Shown here in pieces: positions 53,387 to 63,469 of a stretch of 64,000 nt of DNA. The notes beneath the pieces are model-generated. The model saw nothing but the letters and a program-made list of their open reading frames with translations, searched no databases and was not told the origin of the DNA. How positions within the stretch are numbered: position 1 is the first letter of the stretch; each line of letters begins with the position of its first letter. Both the position numbers and the translations under genes were made by a program. This stretch comes from Streptococcus sp. (GTDB lineage: Bacteria; Bacillota; Bacilli; Lactobacillales; Streptococcaceae). The stretch is taken from positions 1,061-65,060 of the forward strand of contig NZ_JBHCHN010000021.1 in the NCBI RefSeq assembly GCF_041802885.1, written 5' to 3'.

Positions 53387-55045
53387 ATGTTACTAGAAAT
53401 TTCCATTAAAAATTTCGCCATTATCCAGGAGGTTTCCCTGACCTTTGACAAGGGCATGACTGTCCTAACCGGGGAAACGGGTGCCGGGAAGTCCATCATC
53501 ATTGATGCCATGAATCTCATGCTAGGTAGCCGGGCCACGACAGATGTCATCCGCCATGGCAGCCCCAAGGCTGAGATTGAAGGCCTCTTTTCGCTGGAAA
53601 AAAATGCGGAATTGGAAGACATCTTGACCCAGCAAGGGATTGCGGTGTCAGATGAGCTAATTATTCGCCGGGAAATCCTGGCCAATGGCCGCTCAGTCAG
53701 CCGTGTCAATGGTCAACTGGTCAATCTGTCCGTTCTAAAGGAAATGGCTCCCTATCTGGTAGACATCCATGGTCAGCATGATCAAGAAGAATTGATGCGG
53801 TCCAGCCACCATATCGGCCTTCTGGATAGCTTTGGTCAGGCGGATTTTCAGGAGCTGAAAGCTAGCTACCAGCAGGTTTTTGAAGCCTATCGGACCCTGC
53901 GCAAACAGGTCTTGGACAAGCAAAAAAATGAACTGGAGCACAAGGCCAGAATCGAGATGCTGGAATACCAGATTGCAGAGATAGAGGCAGCAGACTTGCA
54001 GGCAGGTGAGGATGTAGCTCTCTTGCAGGAGAGAGACCGCCTGCTCAACCACAAGCAGATTGCGGATACCTTGACCAATGCCTATGCGATGCTGGAAAAC
54101 GAGGATTTCTCCAGCCTCTCCAACCTTCGTTCGGCCATGAACGACATGCAGTCGGTGGAAGAATACGATAAGGATTACAAGGAAATCTCCCAGCAACTGA
54201 CCGAATCCTACTATGTCATCGAGGACATCAGCAAGCGTTTGGCGGATATCTTGGAGGACTTGGACTTTGATGGCAACCGCCTCCTGCAGGTGGAAAACCG
54301 TCTGGACTTGATCTATTCCATAAGCAGAAAATACGGCGGCCAAGTCGATGATGTCTTGGAATATTTTGCCAAAATCAGCCAAGAATACCAGCTGCTGACA
54401 GGCTCCAACCTGACAGGTCAAGACCTAGAAGGCCAGCTCAAGGTTTTGGAGGCAGACCTGATTGCAAAAGCAGGGGAGCTCAGCCAGGCCAGACGGGAAT
54501 TGGCTCAAGTCCTGGAAAACCAGATTCATCAAGAGTTGCAGGACCTCTATATGGAAAAGGCTCGCTTCCGTGTGGACTTTTCCAAGGGCAAATTTGGCCG
54601 TCAAGGCAATGAGCAGATAGAATTTTACATTTCAACCAACCCAGGTGAGGACTTCAAGCCCCTGGTTAAAGTGGCTTCTGGTGGGGAATTATCCCGGCTC
54701 ATGCTGGCCATCAAATCAGCCTTTGCCCGCAAAGAAGGCAAGACCAGCATTGTCTTTGACGAGGTGGATACGGGCGTGTCGGGCCGGGTGGCCCAGGCCA
54801 TCGCCCAGAAAATTTACAAGATTGGCCAGTTTGGCCAGGTCTTGGCTATTTCTCACCTGCCACAGGTTATTGCCATTGCGGACCATCAGTTCTATATTGA
54901 GAAAATTTCTGATGAAGCGTCCACGGTTTCCCAGGTCCGTCTTTTGACCTTTGAGGAAAGGGTGGAAGAAATCGCCAAGATGCTGGCGGGTGATGTGGTG
55001 ACAGAAGCAGCCAGAACCCAGGCCAGACAATTAGTTTCAAAGTAA
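53387..55045 (+). CDS. recN: DNA repair protein RecN
   Basis: TGETGAGKS, ASGGELSR, FDEVDTG. Confidence 0.97.
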   Translation: MLLEISIKNFAIIQEVSLTFDKGMTVLTGETGAGKSIIIDAMNLMLGSRATTDVIRHGSPKAEIEGLFSLEKNAELEDILTQQGIAVSDELIIRREILANGRSVSRVNGQLVNLSVLKEMAPYLVDIHGQHDQEELMRSSHHIGLLDSFGQADFQELKASYQQVFEAYRTLRKQVLDKQKNELEHKARIEMLEYQIAEIEAADLQAGEDVALLQERDRLLNHKQIADTLTNAYAMLENEDFSSLSNLRSAMNDMQSVEEYDKDYKEISQQLTESYYVIEDISKRLADILEDLDFDGNRLLQVENRLDLIYSISRKYGGQVDDVLEYFAKISQEYQLLTGSNLTGQDLEGQLKVLEADLIAKAGELSQARRELAQVLENQIHQELQDLYMEKARFRVDFSKGKFGRQGNEQIEFYISTNPGEDFKPLVKVASGGELSRLMLAIKSAFARKEGKTSIVFDEVDTGVSGRVAQAIAQKIYKIGQFGQVLAISHLPQVIAIADHQFYIEKISDEASTVSQVRLLTFEERVEEIAKMLAGDVVTEAARTQARQLVSK

Positions 55046-55078
55046 GCGCCAGCTTACTTTTTTTGAAAGAGGAAAGAG

Positions 55079-55729
55079 ATGAAAGAGGAAAAAATCCTGC
55101 AAGAAGTAGCCACTTATGTGGAGCGAAAGTTATCAGGTGAGGGAAGTGGGCATGACTGGTGGCATATCGTCCGAGTCCGAAAGCTGGCAGAAAAGCTGGC
55201 CCTAGCTGAAGGGGGAGACTCCTTTATCTGTCAGTTGGCCGCCCTGGTCCATGATTTGGTGGATGATAAGTTGGTGGCTGATGAAGGGCTGGCCTTGGCA
55301 GAGGTCAGGGACCTATTGACCAGAGTGGGAGTCGCTGCAAACCAGACTGATCAGGTGCTGACCATTATTCAGTCTATTTCCTACAAGGGAGGAAATCAGA
55401 ACCATCTGGTCTTAAGCTTGGAGGGGCAAATCGTCCAAGATGCCGATCGGCTGGATGCCATGGGGGCCATTGGTGTGGCTAGAACCATGGCCTATTCGGG
55501 TCATCATCAGCGGATTATTCATGACCCAGAGGTGGCGGTCCGTCAGAACATGACCCTGGATCAATATCGGTCTCATCAGGGCACCGCTATTACCCATTTC
55601 TACGAAAAGTTGCTTCTCTTAAAGGACTTGATGAATACCAAAACAGCCCAGGAGCTGGCCAAGGGGAGGCATGCATTTTTAGAAGCCTATCTGGACCAGT
55701 TCTTTGCAGAATGGGATGGTCAGCGCTAG
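55079..55729 (+). CDS. HD domain phosphohydrolase
   Basis: GHDWWHIVRV, HD motif LVHD, VQDADRLDA. Confidence 0.9.
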   Translation: MKEEKILQEVATYVERKLSGEGSGHDWWHIVRVRKLAEKLALAEGGDSFICQLAALVHDLVDDKLVADEGLALAEVRDLLTRVGVAANQTDQVLTIIQSISYKGGNQNHLVLSLEGQIVQDADRLDAMGAIGVARTMAYSGHHQRIIHDPEVAVRQNMTLDQYRSHQGTAITHFYEKLLLLKDLMNTKTAQELAKGRHAFLEAYLDQFFAEWDGQR

Positions 55730-55816
55730 GTCGCCTCTATAAAGTAAATGAAAAATGCCCCTATTTTGGCATTTTTTTGATATAATAAGAGCAGAAATTG
55801 TAAAGTAGGAAGTTAT

Positions 55817-56647
55817 ATGACAGTGAAGATTGTAACAGACTCCAGCAATACCATGGAGCAGGACCTGGCTCAGGAACTGGGTATCACTATTGTTCCTCTG
55901 ACCAGTATGGTCGATGGGGTGGTCTATTCTGATTTGGACCTGAAAGAGGGTCAGTTTTTGGAATTGATGCGAACCAGCAAGACCTTGCCCAAAACCAGTC
56001 AGCCTCCAGTCGGTCTTTTTGCGGAAGTTTTCTCTGATTTAGCTAGTGATGGCAGTCAGATTATTGCCATCCATCTTTCCCATGCCTTATCTGGAACGGT
56101 GGAAGCCGCCCGGCAGGGTGCAACCCTATCAGGCGCAGACGTGACAGTTGTGGATTCTGGCTACACAGACCAGGCTATCAAGTTCCAGGTTGTTGAGGCG
56201 GCTCGTTTAGCCAAGGCGGGAGCCAGTAAGGAGGAAATCCTTGTGGCAATCGAAAAGGTCAAGGAAAAGACAGAACTTTATATTGGCGTATCAACCTTGG
56301 AAAATCTGGTGAAGGGCGGACGCATTGGCCGTGTAACAGGCTTGCTGAGCTCTCTTCTCAATATCCGTGTCATCATGACGATGAAAGACCACCAGCTAGA
56401 GCCAGTAGCCAAGGGTCGCGGTAATAAGACGTTCAAAAAATGGCTGGATGAATTTGTTGCTGGCTTGCAGGGAAAACAAGTGGCTGAAATCGGGATTTCC
56501 TATGCCGGTTCTTCTGCCTATGCTCATGAAATGAAGGAGCGCTTGCAACCTTTTGTGCCTACACCTATTTCTGTCCTAGAAACCAGCTCTATCATCCAAA
56601 CCCATACGGGTGAGGATGCCTGGGCCATCTTGGTGCGCTATGAATAG
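55817..56647 (+). CDS. DegV/FakB fatty-acid-binding protein
   Basis: IVTDSS, PKTSQP, LSGT, KGGRI. Confidence 0.92.
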   Translation: MTVKIVTDSSNTMEQDLAQELGITIVPLTSMVDGVVYSDLDLKEGQFLELMRTSKTLPKTSQPPVGLFAEVFSDLASDGSQIIAIHLSHALSGTVEAARQGATLSGADVTVVDSGYTDQAIKFQVVEAARLAKAGASKEEILVAIEKVKEKTELYIGVSTLENLVKGGRIGRVTGLLSSLLNIRVIMTMKDHQLEPVAKGRGNKTFKKWLDEFVAGLQGKQVAEIGISYAGSSAYAHEMKERLQPFVPTPISVLETSSIIQTHTGEDAWAILVRYE

Positions 56648-57482
56648 TCGGAAAATATTACAGGGACTGGTCTTCTTTTTTACCAGTCTTTTAGGTTTTG
56701 TGTTCATCTTCCATGTTCTTGTGCCTTCTGCTCAGCCAGTTTTGACCAAGGCGGATTATCAGACAAGAAAGGTGCAGCAATTCTCCTATGTAGCCTTGGG
56801 CGATTCCTTGACCCAGGGGGTTGGCGACACGACCAATCAGGGGGGCTTTGTTCCCTTGGTCGCCCAAAGTTTGACCAACGAAGAAGGCTATCAGGTGGAT
56901 GTCAAAAATTTTGGTGTGGCAGGCAATACCAGCAATCAAATCCTCAAGCGGATGAAAGAGCAGGCTGAGATTGCGGATGCTTTATCCAAGGCGGATTTGA
57001 TGACTCTGACGGTTGGGGGCAATGACTTGCGTAAAGTCATTTTGGACAACATTACCAGTCTTAAAATATCAACTTTCAAGAAACCCTCTGTGGCGTATAG
57101 CAAGCGCCTCGTAGAAATTATTGAATTGGCCAGAAAAGACAATCCTGATCTACCTATTTATGTTTTGGGAATTTACAATCCTTTCTACTTGAATTTTCCT
57201 GAAATGACGGATATGCAGACGATTGTAGACAATTGGAATCAGACAACCCAGGACACCATTGCCAAATTTGACAAGGTTTATTTTGTGCCTATCAACGATC
57301 TTCTATATCAGGGAATTGATGGCCAGGAGGGAATTGTGCAGACATCGGGAGAGGCGACCAAAATCATCAATGATGCCCTTTTTCAGGGAGACAATTTTCA
57401 TCCCAATAATACGGGTTATGAAATCATGAAACGAGCAGTATTGGAGAAAATTCGTGAGACAAAAGATAAGTGGAAAAACTAA
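56640..57482 (+). CDS. SGNH/GDSL hydrolase
   Basis: GDSLT, GGND, DNFHP. Confidence 0.9.
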   Translation: MNSRKILQGLVFFFTSLLGFVFIFHVLVPSAQPVLTKADYQTRKVQQFSYVALGDSLTQGVGDTTNQGGFVPLVAQSLTNEEGYQVDVKNFGVAGNTSNQILKRMKEQAEIADALSKADLMTLTVGGNDLRKVILDNITSLKISTFKKPSVAYSKRLVEIIELARKDNPDLPIYVLGIYNPFYLNFPEMTDMQTIVDNWNQTTQDTIAKFDKVYFVPINDLLYQGIDGQEGIVQTSGEATKIINDALFQGDNFHPNNTGYEIMKRAVLEKIRETKDKWKN

Positions 57483-58047
57483 TATTTGGAAGTGGCTTTT
57501 CCTCATACTATTGGCAGCAGTGTTGGGTTTGGGTCTAGTTTTAATGAGTCGCGTAACCACCTACAGAGAAGATACCAGTCAGATTGCAGTCAAAAAAGGG
57601 ACTGAAACCAAAATTGGGACCTTTACGACGACAAGAGATCAGCTGAATGATACAGTAGCGACCTATTTAAAAGATTACCAAACCAAGGATTTCACCTACA
57701 AACTTTATGCCAGCAATCAAATGGTCTTGTTTGAAGGTGAGTATGTTTTTTTGGGGCAAAAAATTCCCCTCTATATCTATTTTCAGCCCAGCAAATTGGA
57801 AGATGGCAGTGTCTTGCTGACGGTTTCAGAAGTTTCAGCTGGTACTCTGGGCCTGCCACGGGCTGAAATCTTGACCTATCTCAAGAAAAATTACAAGTTA
57901 CCAGACTTTATTTCTGTGGATGTTGAGGCATCCAGTATTCTGATTCAGACAACCGCTATCACCAATAATTTGGGCATTTATGTAAAAGCTAATACCATAG
58001 ACCTCTATAATGATCAGATTATCTTTGATATTTACCGGAAAAAGTAG
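57454..58047 (+). CDS. YpmS/DUF2140 family protein
   Basis: NIWKWLF N-terminal anchor; synteny before hup. Confidence 0.8.
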   Translation: MRQKISGKTNIWKWLFLILLAAVLGLGLVLMSRVTTYREDTSQIAVKKGTETKIGTFTTTRDQLNDTVATYLKDYQTKDFTYKLYASNQMVLFEGEYVFLGQKIPLYIYFQPSKLEDGSVLLTVSEVSAGTLGLPRAEILTYLKKNYKLPDFISVDVEASSILIQTTAITNNLGIYVKANTIDLYNDQIIFDIYRKK

Positions 58048-58140
58048 GTTTTGCATGTAAAAAGCTTGACCAATTCAAGTTTTTTCGGTAATATAATAGA
58101 GTGAGTATTAACTCAGAAAATTTTTGGAGGATTTAGCAAA

Positions 58141-58416
58141 ATGGCTAATAAACAAGATTTGATTGCAAAAGTTGCAGATGCAACTTCATTGACTAAAAAG
58201 GATTCAGCAGCAGCTGTAGACGCAGTATTCGCAGCAGTAGCTGACTACCTTGCAGCTGGTGAGAAAGTTCAGTTGATCGGTTTCGGTAACTTCGAAGTTC
58301 GCGAACGCGCAGCTCGTAAAGGTCGCAACCCACAAACTGGTAAAGAAATCACTATCGCAGCTTCAAAAGTTCCAGCATTCAAAGCTGGTAAAGCTCTTAA
58401 AGACGCTGTAAAATAA
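58141..58416 (+). CDS. hup: Histone-like DNA-binding protein HU
   Basis: [29 protein letters not shown]. Confidence 0.98.
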   Translation: MANKQDLIAKVADATSLTKKDSAAAVDAVFAAVADYLAAGEKVQLIGFGNFEVRERAARKGRNPQTGKEITIAASKVPAFKAGKALKDAVK

Positions 58417-58425
58417 TAGCGACTT

Positions 58426-58473
58426 AAAAAGCCTATTGCATCAAGCTTTCTAGCTTGTGCAGTAGGCTTTTTT
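58426..58473 (+). terminator. hup terminator hairpin
   Basis: AAAAAGCCTATTGCA...TGCAGTAGGCTTTTTT. Confidence 0.85.
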
Positions 58474-58477
58474 GTTG

Positions 58478-58499
58478 TTTTTGGGGCATTTTTGGGGCA
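58478..58499. repeat. Tandem 11-bp direct repeat TTTTTGGGGCA x2 (att arm-site-like)
   Basis: Perfect tandem repeat directly after the hup terminator. Confidence 0.6.
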
Positions 58500-58646
58500 T
58501 AAAATCAGTAGTTTTCCATGATGTCTGTGGCGTTGGATTTTGACTTTCGATCTGTTTTGGTCAACTCCAAGGGTCATTCTCAAAATTGAGCCAGTCACCC
58601 TTTTCTATGCTATAATATATAAAAATAAGTTAGGAAGTGTGTGCAT

Positions 58647-59372
58647 ATGTCCCAGGAAGAGTTTCTCAAGGTCTTCAATGATTTGGAGCAGACGCTGCAG
58701 AACAAATACGATACGACGGAGACCATTTATGATTTGTTGGAGCGGGAGAAGAATGCGGTAGAAAATAATCCAACCAAGGCCAATTGGGAAATCTTGGATA
58801 TTGCTAGGCGTCTCCGCAATATTCTGGCCCACGAAACTAGGACGACCTTGCCAGTGGTGGCGACACCCTCCCAGCAAATCATTGATGTACTAAAAAAAGT
58901 GACCCATGACTACCAACATCCCAAGACCCTGGGCGATTTTTTGGCAGAAGGGGAGCGGGAGAAGATTTTATCCTTCCAGCTTCAGGACCAGCTGACGGAA
59001 GTTTTGAAGGCTATTCATGAAAAACATTTTAACCAGTTTCCAGTCTTTGATGAGGCGGGCTATGCTGGCCTGATTTCCAACAATGGGATTGCCAGTTGGT
59101 TGGCGGCCTTGAGCGAGCAGGGTAGGTCTGTCGGTCTGGATTTGACTGGGGTCAGGATTTCTGAAATCTTGCCTTTTGAGGAAAATGGCGATACGGTCAT
59201 CAGACTTTCTAAGGACACCAGCCTCTTTGAGACCCTTCATCATTTTACAGGAAGCAAGGTAAGGCTGGTTCTGGTCTGCCAGTCAAAGGACCTGTCCATT
59301 CAAAGACCAGCAGATATTGCTGGAATCATTACCAAATCGGATCTTGGCCAGATGGTTAAGGACCTGCGCTAA
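58647..59372 (+). CDS. CBS-pair protein with N-terminal HEPN-like domain
   Basis: N-terminal EEFLKVFNDLE and RNILAH (58815-58832); CBS motifs FNQFPVFD..GLIS and IAGIITKSDL; own TGCTATAAT promoter (58608-58616). Confidence 0.8.
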   Translation: MSQEEFLKVFNDLEQTLQNKYDTTETIYDLLEREKNAVENNPTKANWEILDIARRLRNILAHETRTTLPVVATPSQQIIDVLKKVTHDYQHPKTLGDFLAEGEREKILSFQLQDQLTEVLKAIHEKHFNQFPVFDEAGYAGLISNNGIASWLAALSEQGRSVGLDLTGVRISEILPFEENGDTVIRLSKDTSLFETLHHFTGSKVRLVLVCQSKDLSIQRPADIAGIITKSDLGQMVKDLR

Positions 59373-59387
59373 ATCCATTTCCAAAGT

Positions 59388-59418
59388 AAAATGCCTGACC
59401 TAGGTCAAGCATTTTTTT
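59388..59418. terminator. Bidirectional terminator between convergent genes
   Basis: AAAATGCCTGACCTAGGTCAAGCATTTTTTT. Confidence 0.75.
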
Positions 59419-59421
59419 CTT

Positions 59422-60840
59422 TTAGTCGGACAAGTCTTGGCCATTGCTAGCAATGACTTTCTTGTACCAGTAGAAGGAATCCTTGCGGTAGCGTTTGAGG
59501 GTCTTGAGGTCAAAGTCGTCGCGGTCAACGTAGATGAAGCCGTAGCGTTTCTTGATACCCTCGTGGGTGGAAATGAGGTCAATGGCAGACCATGGATTGT
59601 AGCCCATCATCTCCACTCCATCTGTGATGGCCAAATGGATTTGCTCGATGTGGTGGCGGAGGTAGTCTATGCGGTAAGGGTCGTGGACTTTGCTATCCTC
59701 TGTTAGAGTATCATAAGCTCCTAAGCCATTTTCCGTGATGAGAATCGGTAGGCGGTAGCGGCTATAAATCTCTCTGACCGTTGCGCGGAAGCCGATAGGG
59801 TCAATCTCCCAGCCAAATTCGGTCTTGACCAGGTTGGGATTTGGAACGCTTCTGGCGATACCTGGGAAGGTTTGGCGGGACTGCTGGTCTCCAACCACAC
59901 CGGCCTGATCCTCTTCAGTAGAGGCTTCGACGGTCGCGGTATTGTAGTAGTTGATTCCAAGGAAGTCTGGCTTAGCAGCCTTCATGATGGCTAAGTCTTC
60001 GGCGGTAACCTGAGGAGTAGCATCGTTTTCTTCCAGGTAGGACCAGACAAGGTTGTTGTAAACCCCGTAAACTGCTGCGTCCAGATAGAGCCAGTTGCGG
60101 ATAGCGTTAAAGTTTTGCGAAGCAATCACATCTTCTGGCTTAGAGGAAGCGGCATAGACTAGGGCGATATTGGGAGCTGGGCCAATCTTGGCCTGCGGCA
60201 GCATTTGATGGCAAATCTGCATGGCCTTGGCTTGGGCAACCAGCTGATGGTGGTTTTGTTGGTAAATTTCCTTGGTCAGATTGGTGGTGCCTTCTGGAAC
60301 ATGGAGGGTACCGATAATGGGACCAACCAGGGTCAGCATGTTTTGTTCATTGATGGTTAACCAATACTTGACCCGGTCGCCGAAGTTTTCAAAAAGAACA
60401 GTGGCAAATTCTGCGAACCAGTCGATGGATTCCCGTTTGGACCAAGAGCCACGCTCATCCAGAGCAGCTGGCATGTCGAAGTGGAACATGGTCACGATGG
60501 GCTCGATGCCGTATTTCAAGCACTCGTCAATCAGGTTATTGTAAAAGGCGATTCCTTGAGGGTTGACTGCTCCAGTGCCTTCTGGCAAAATACGAGACCA
60601 GGAGATGGAGAAGCGGTAGGATTTGAAGCCCATTTCAGCCATCAGGGTGATGTCTTCCTTGTAGCGGTGGTAGTGGTCAACAGAGACTGAAAGATCTGAA
60701 GTTCCTTCTGGAATCTCTTTGACATCCTGGCAGGATGGCCCCTTGCCATCTTCCAAGGCAGCTCCCTCAACTTGGTAGGCTGATGAGGATGCACCCCAGA
60801 AAAAGTCATCTGGGAAGGGTTTGAGGTCTTTATGAAGCAT
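59422..60840 (-). CDS. GH1 (6-phospho-)beta-glucosidase
   Basis: FFWGASSSAYQVEG, TINEQ (acid/base), ITENG (nucleophile), KRYGFIYVD. Confidence 0.93.
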   Translation of the reverse strand: MLHKDLKPFPDDFFWGASSSAYQVEGAALEDGKGPSCQDVKEIPEGTSDLSVSVDHYHRYKEDITLMAEMGFKSYRFSISWSRILPEGTGAVNPQGIAFYNNLIDECLKYGIEPIVTMFHFDMPAALDERGSWSKRESIDWFAEFATVLFENFGDRVKYWLTINEQNMLTLVGPIIGTLHVPEGTTNLTKEIYQQNHHQLVAQAKAMQICHQMLPQAKIGPAPNIALVYAASSKPEDVIASQNFNAIRNWLYLDAAVYGVYNNLVWSYLEENDATPQVTAEDLAIMKAAKPDFLGINYYNTATVEASTEEDQAGVVGDQQSRQTFPGIARSVPNPNLVKTEFGWEIDPIGFRATVREIYSRYRLPILITENGLGAYDTLTEDSKVHDPYRIDYLRHHIEQIHLAITDGVEMMGYNPWSAIDLISTHEGIKKRYGFIYVDRDDFDLKTLKRYRKDSFYWYKKVIASNGQDLSD

Positions 60841-61001
60841 AGGATTCTCCTTTTTTATTAGATTTACAGGCCAGGGGCCTGTTTGCATTCTTATTTAATA
60901 GTATACTAGCGGATAATGGGGGACGCCAATGATATAAACCGCATTCCTGGTATTATCCTCTGATGTTCTTTGCTTTTCCTCCGAAGTTGGCTAGAGATTC
61001 T

Positions 61002-61015
61002 TGTAAGTGTTTTCA
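61002..61015. promoter_or_regulatory. cre-like CcpA site
   Basis: TGTAAGTGTTTTCA between the divergent glucosidase genes. Confidence 0.55.
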
Positions 61016-61061
61016 AAATGGTTTAGAATGGGGGCAAGAAAACAAAAAGTGAGGTGTTCTG

Positions 61062-62444
61062 ATGACAAAAGGACTGAAAATTGCGACCATCGGTGGTGGT
61101 TCCAGCTACACACCAGAATTGATGGAGGGCTTTATCAAGCGTTATGAGGAGCTGCCCATCAAGGAAATCTGGCTGGTAGATGTGGAAGCTGGCCGGGAAA
61201 AACAAGAAATTGTCGGTGCCATGGCTCAGCGGATGTGGGATGCTTCTCCTTATGATGTCAAGGTTTATACAACTCTCAATCGGGAAGAAGCCTTGAGGGA
61301 TGCGGATTTTGTCACCACCCAGTTTCGTGTCGGCCAACTCAATGCTAGGGTCAAGGATGAACGGATTCCCTTTTCCTATGGGCTTTTAGGCCAGGAAACC
61401 AATGGGGCTGGCGGTATGTTCAAGGCCTTTCGGACCATTCCAGTCATCCTGGAGGTGGTGGAGGACATGAAACGCCTCTGTCCAAATGCCTGGTTGATCA
61501 ATTTTGCCAATCCAAGCGGCATGGTGACGGAAGCTGTCCTCCGCTATGGGAAGTGGGATCGGGTTATCGGCCTGTGCAATGTACCGGTCATGGCTAAGAT
61601 GACTGAGGCCATCATGCTGGACAGACCGGTTGAAGATTTGATTTATAAGTTTGCGGGTGTCAACCATTTCCACTGGCACAAGGTAGCTGATAAGGCTGGC
61701 AATGATGTGACTCCACTGGTTATCGACAAGCTCTATCAGGAGGACAATGGTCTGCCAAAAAATATCCACGGCGTGCCCTTCTATCGGGAGCAGCTGGATG
61801 AGATGAATATGATTCCATGCGGTTACCACCAATATTATTACCGGGCAGAAGAGATGCTGGCCCATGGTTTGGAAGAGTATGCAACGGTGGGAACCAGGGC
61901 AGAGCAGGTCAAGGCCCTGGAAGCAGAGCTCTTTGAGCTCTACAAGGACCCTGCCCTCAACTATAAACCAAAGCAGTTGGAGGAAAGGGGCGGAGCCTAC
62001 TATTCGGATGCGGCCTGTGAAACCATCGCCTCCATCTACGCCAATAAGAATACAGAAATCGTGGTCTCCACCCGCAATGATGGGGCAGTTCCAGATTTAC
62101 CAGCGGACTGTGCAGTTGAAGTGACAGCCTACTTAGGTGCCCAAGGTGCCCGAAATGTGGCCTTCGGCCCTCTTCCAACTGCTGAGCGGGGTTGGTTGCA
62201 GGTCATGAAAGCCATGGAACTCCTGACCATTGAAGCAGCAGTGACAGGCAACTATGCCCTGGCCCTCCAAGCCTTTACCATCAATCCCCTGATTCCATCA
62301 GGAGCAACGGCCAAGCAGGTCATGGACGAGCTCTTTGTGGCCCACAAGGCCTATTTGCCACAATTTGCCGAGGTGATTGCTAAGTTGGAAGCTGAGGGTA
62401 TCACCATCAAGGATGAAAAAGTTCGTGCTCTGATGGGAGAATAA
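61062..62444 (+). CDS. GH4 6-phospho-beta-glucosidase (CelF/LicH-like)
   Basis: IGGGSSYTPE, GQETNGAGG, NPSG, GLCNVP. Confidence 0.93.
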   Translation: MTKGLKIATIGGGSSYTPELMEGFIKRYEELPIKEIWLVDVEAGREKQEIVGAMAQRMWDASPYDVKVYTTLNREEALRDADFVTTQFRVGQLNARVKDERIPFSYGLLGQETNGAGGMFKAFRTIPVILEVVEDMKRLCPNAWLINFANPSGMVTEAVLRYGKWDRVIGLCNVPVMAKMTEAIMLDRPVEDLIYKFAGVNHFHWHKVADKAGNDVTPLVIDKLYQEDNGLPKNIHGVPFYREQLDEMNMIPCGYHQYYYRAEEMLAHGLEEYATVGTRAEQVKALEAELFELYKDPALNYKPKQLEERGGAYYSDAACETIASIYANKNTEIVVSTRNDGAVPDLPADCAVEVTAYLGAQGARNVAFGPLPTAERGWLQVMKAMELLTIEAAVTGNYALALQAFTINPLIPSGATAKQVMDELFVAHKAYLPQFAEVIAKLEAEGITIKDEKVRALMGE

Positions 62445-62473
62445 GCATAAAGAAGACCTCGGGGTCTTCTTTT

Positions 62474-63361
62474 CTATAAATTCAGTTTACTTTGGTCATA
62501 GAGTTCCTGGAGAAGGGCGATGAGGTTGGCAAGGGCTGGGTTGAGCTGGTCTTGGTGGCTGACAAGGACCAAGTCAAAGGATTCGGGACAGTCAAAGGGA
62601 ATCCAGGCAAAGACCCCGCTGTGGTCGTTGAGATAGCCTGGAGATAGACAGATGGCCTTATCACTGGCCACCTGTATCAGGGTGAAATCATGGGTGGGGC
62701 TATTGAAATAGTGGATGGGCACTGTGCTGAGAACCCTTTGCTGGACCTGGCGCAGGGTTTGGGAAGAACCGCCATTAACCAGGAGGGTTCTGCCAGCCAA
62801 ATCCTGTGCGGTCACCCTGTCCAGCTGGGCCAAGGGGTCCGTCTGTTGGCAAAGCAGATAAATCTGGCTGATATAGAGGGGATGGATGACCACGTTGCTT
62901 AACTTCTGCGCTTCCTGCTTGGGGAGGAGAATGAGGTCCAATTCCTTGTGCAAAAAGGCTGTTAGAGAATCATTTGGAGCCTGAATCTCGGGGACAATCT
63001 GGACATCAGGATGCATTTGTTCAAAGAGCTTCATGGCTTGGGGCAAATAGTAGAGGGCGCTGCGGGAGGCAAAGCCAATTTTGATGGAGTCTGTGTAAAT
63101 CTCCCCCATGTTCTGGGCCTGTTCGATGGCAAATTGGAGGTCAACTGAAATCCGTTGGAGGGAAGTGACCAGTTGTTGGCCAGCAGGTGTCAGGCGAATG
63201 CTCTTTCCTACTCGGTCAAAAATGGCAAAACCCACTTCCTCCTCGATGACCTTGATTTGGTAAGATAGAGCCGGTTGAGAAATGAAGAGATTTTCAGCCG
63301 CTCGACTGAGGTTGAGGGTCTTGGCGGTTTCGATAATGTAGTCCATCTGCTTGGTATTCAT
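62474..63361 (-). CDS. LysR family transcriptional regulator
   Basis: LNLSRAAENLFISQPALSYQIK HTH. Confidence 0.93.
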   Translation of the reverse strand: MNTKQMDYIIETAKTLNLSRAAENLFISQPALSYQIKVIEEEVGFAIFDRVGKSIRLTPAGQQLVTSLQRISVDLQFAIEQAQNMGEIYTDSIKIGFASRSALYYLPQAMKLFEQMHPDVQIVPEIQAPNDSLTAFLHKELDLILLPKQEAQKLSNVVIHPLYISQIYLLCQQTDPLAQLDRVTAQDLAGRTLLVNGGSSQTLRQVQQRVLSTVPIHYFNSPTHDFTLIQVASDKAICLSPGYLNDHSGVFAWIPFDCPESFDLVLVSHQDQLNPALANLIALLQELYDQSKLNL

Positions 63362-63469
63362 GGAAGCTCCTTATAAAAATATTTTATAAATAATCTAAAA
63401 TATGTATTGGATATTTTTATTATAAGGAATTATAATCAAATCATCAAGTAGAAAAAAAGGAGAAAGTCC

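Noticed and set aside
45605-54421. Long antisense ORFs (45605-46198, 49947-50693, 52075-52851, 53140-53709, 53735-54421) and similar ones elsewhere
   Set aside because: These are shadow frames opposite well-supported core genes, with no RBS or recognisable motifs.
59394-59412. CCTAGG-centred palindrome resembling the array's palindrome
   Set aside because: The flanks differ (GACCTAGGTC versus GTCCTAGGAC), and A/T runs on both sides between convergent genes indicate a bidirectional terminator.
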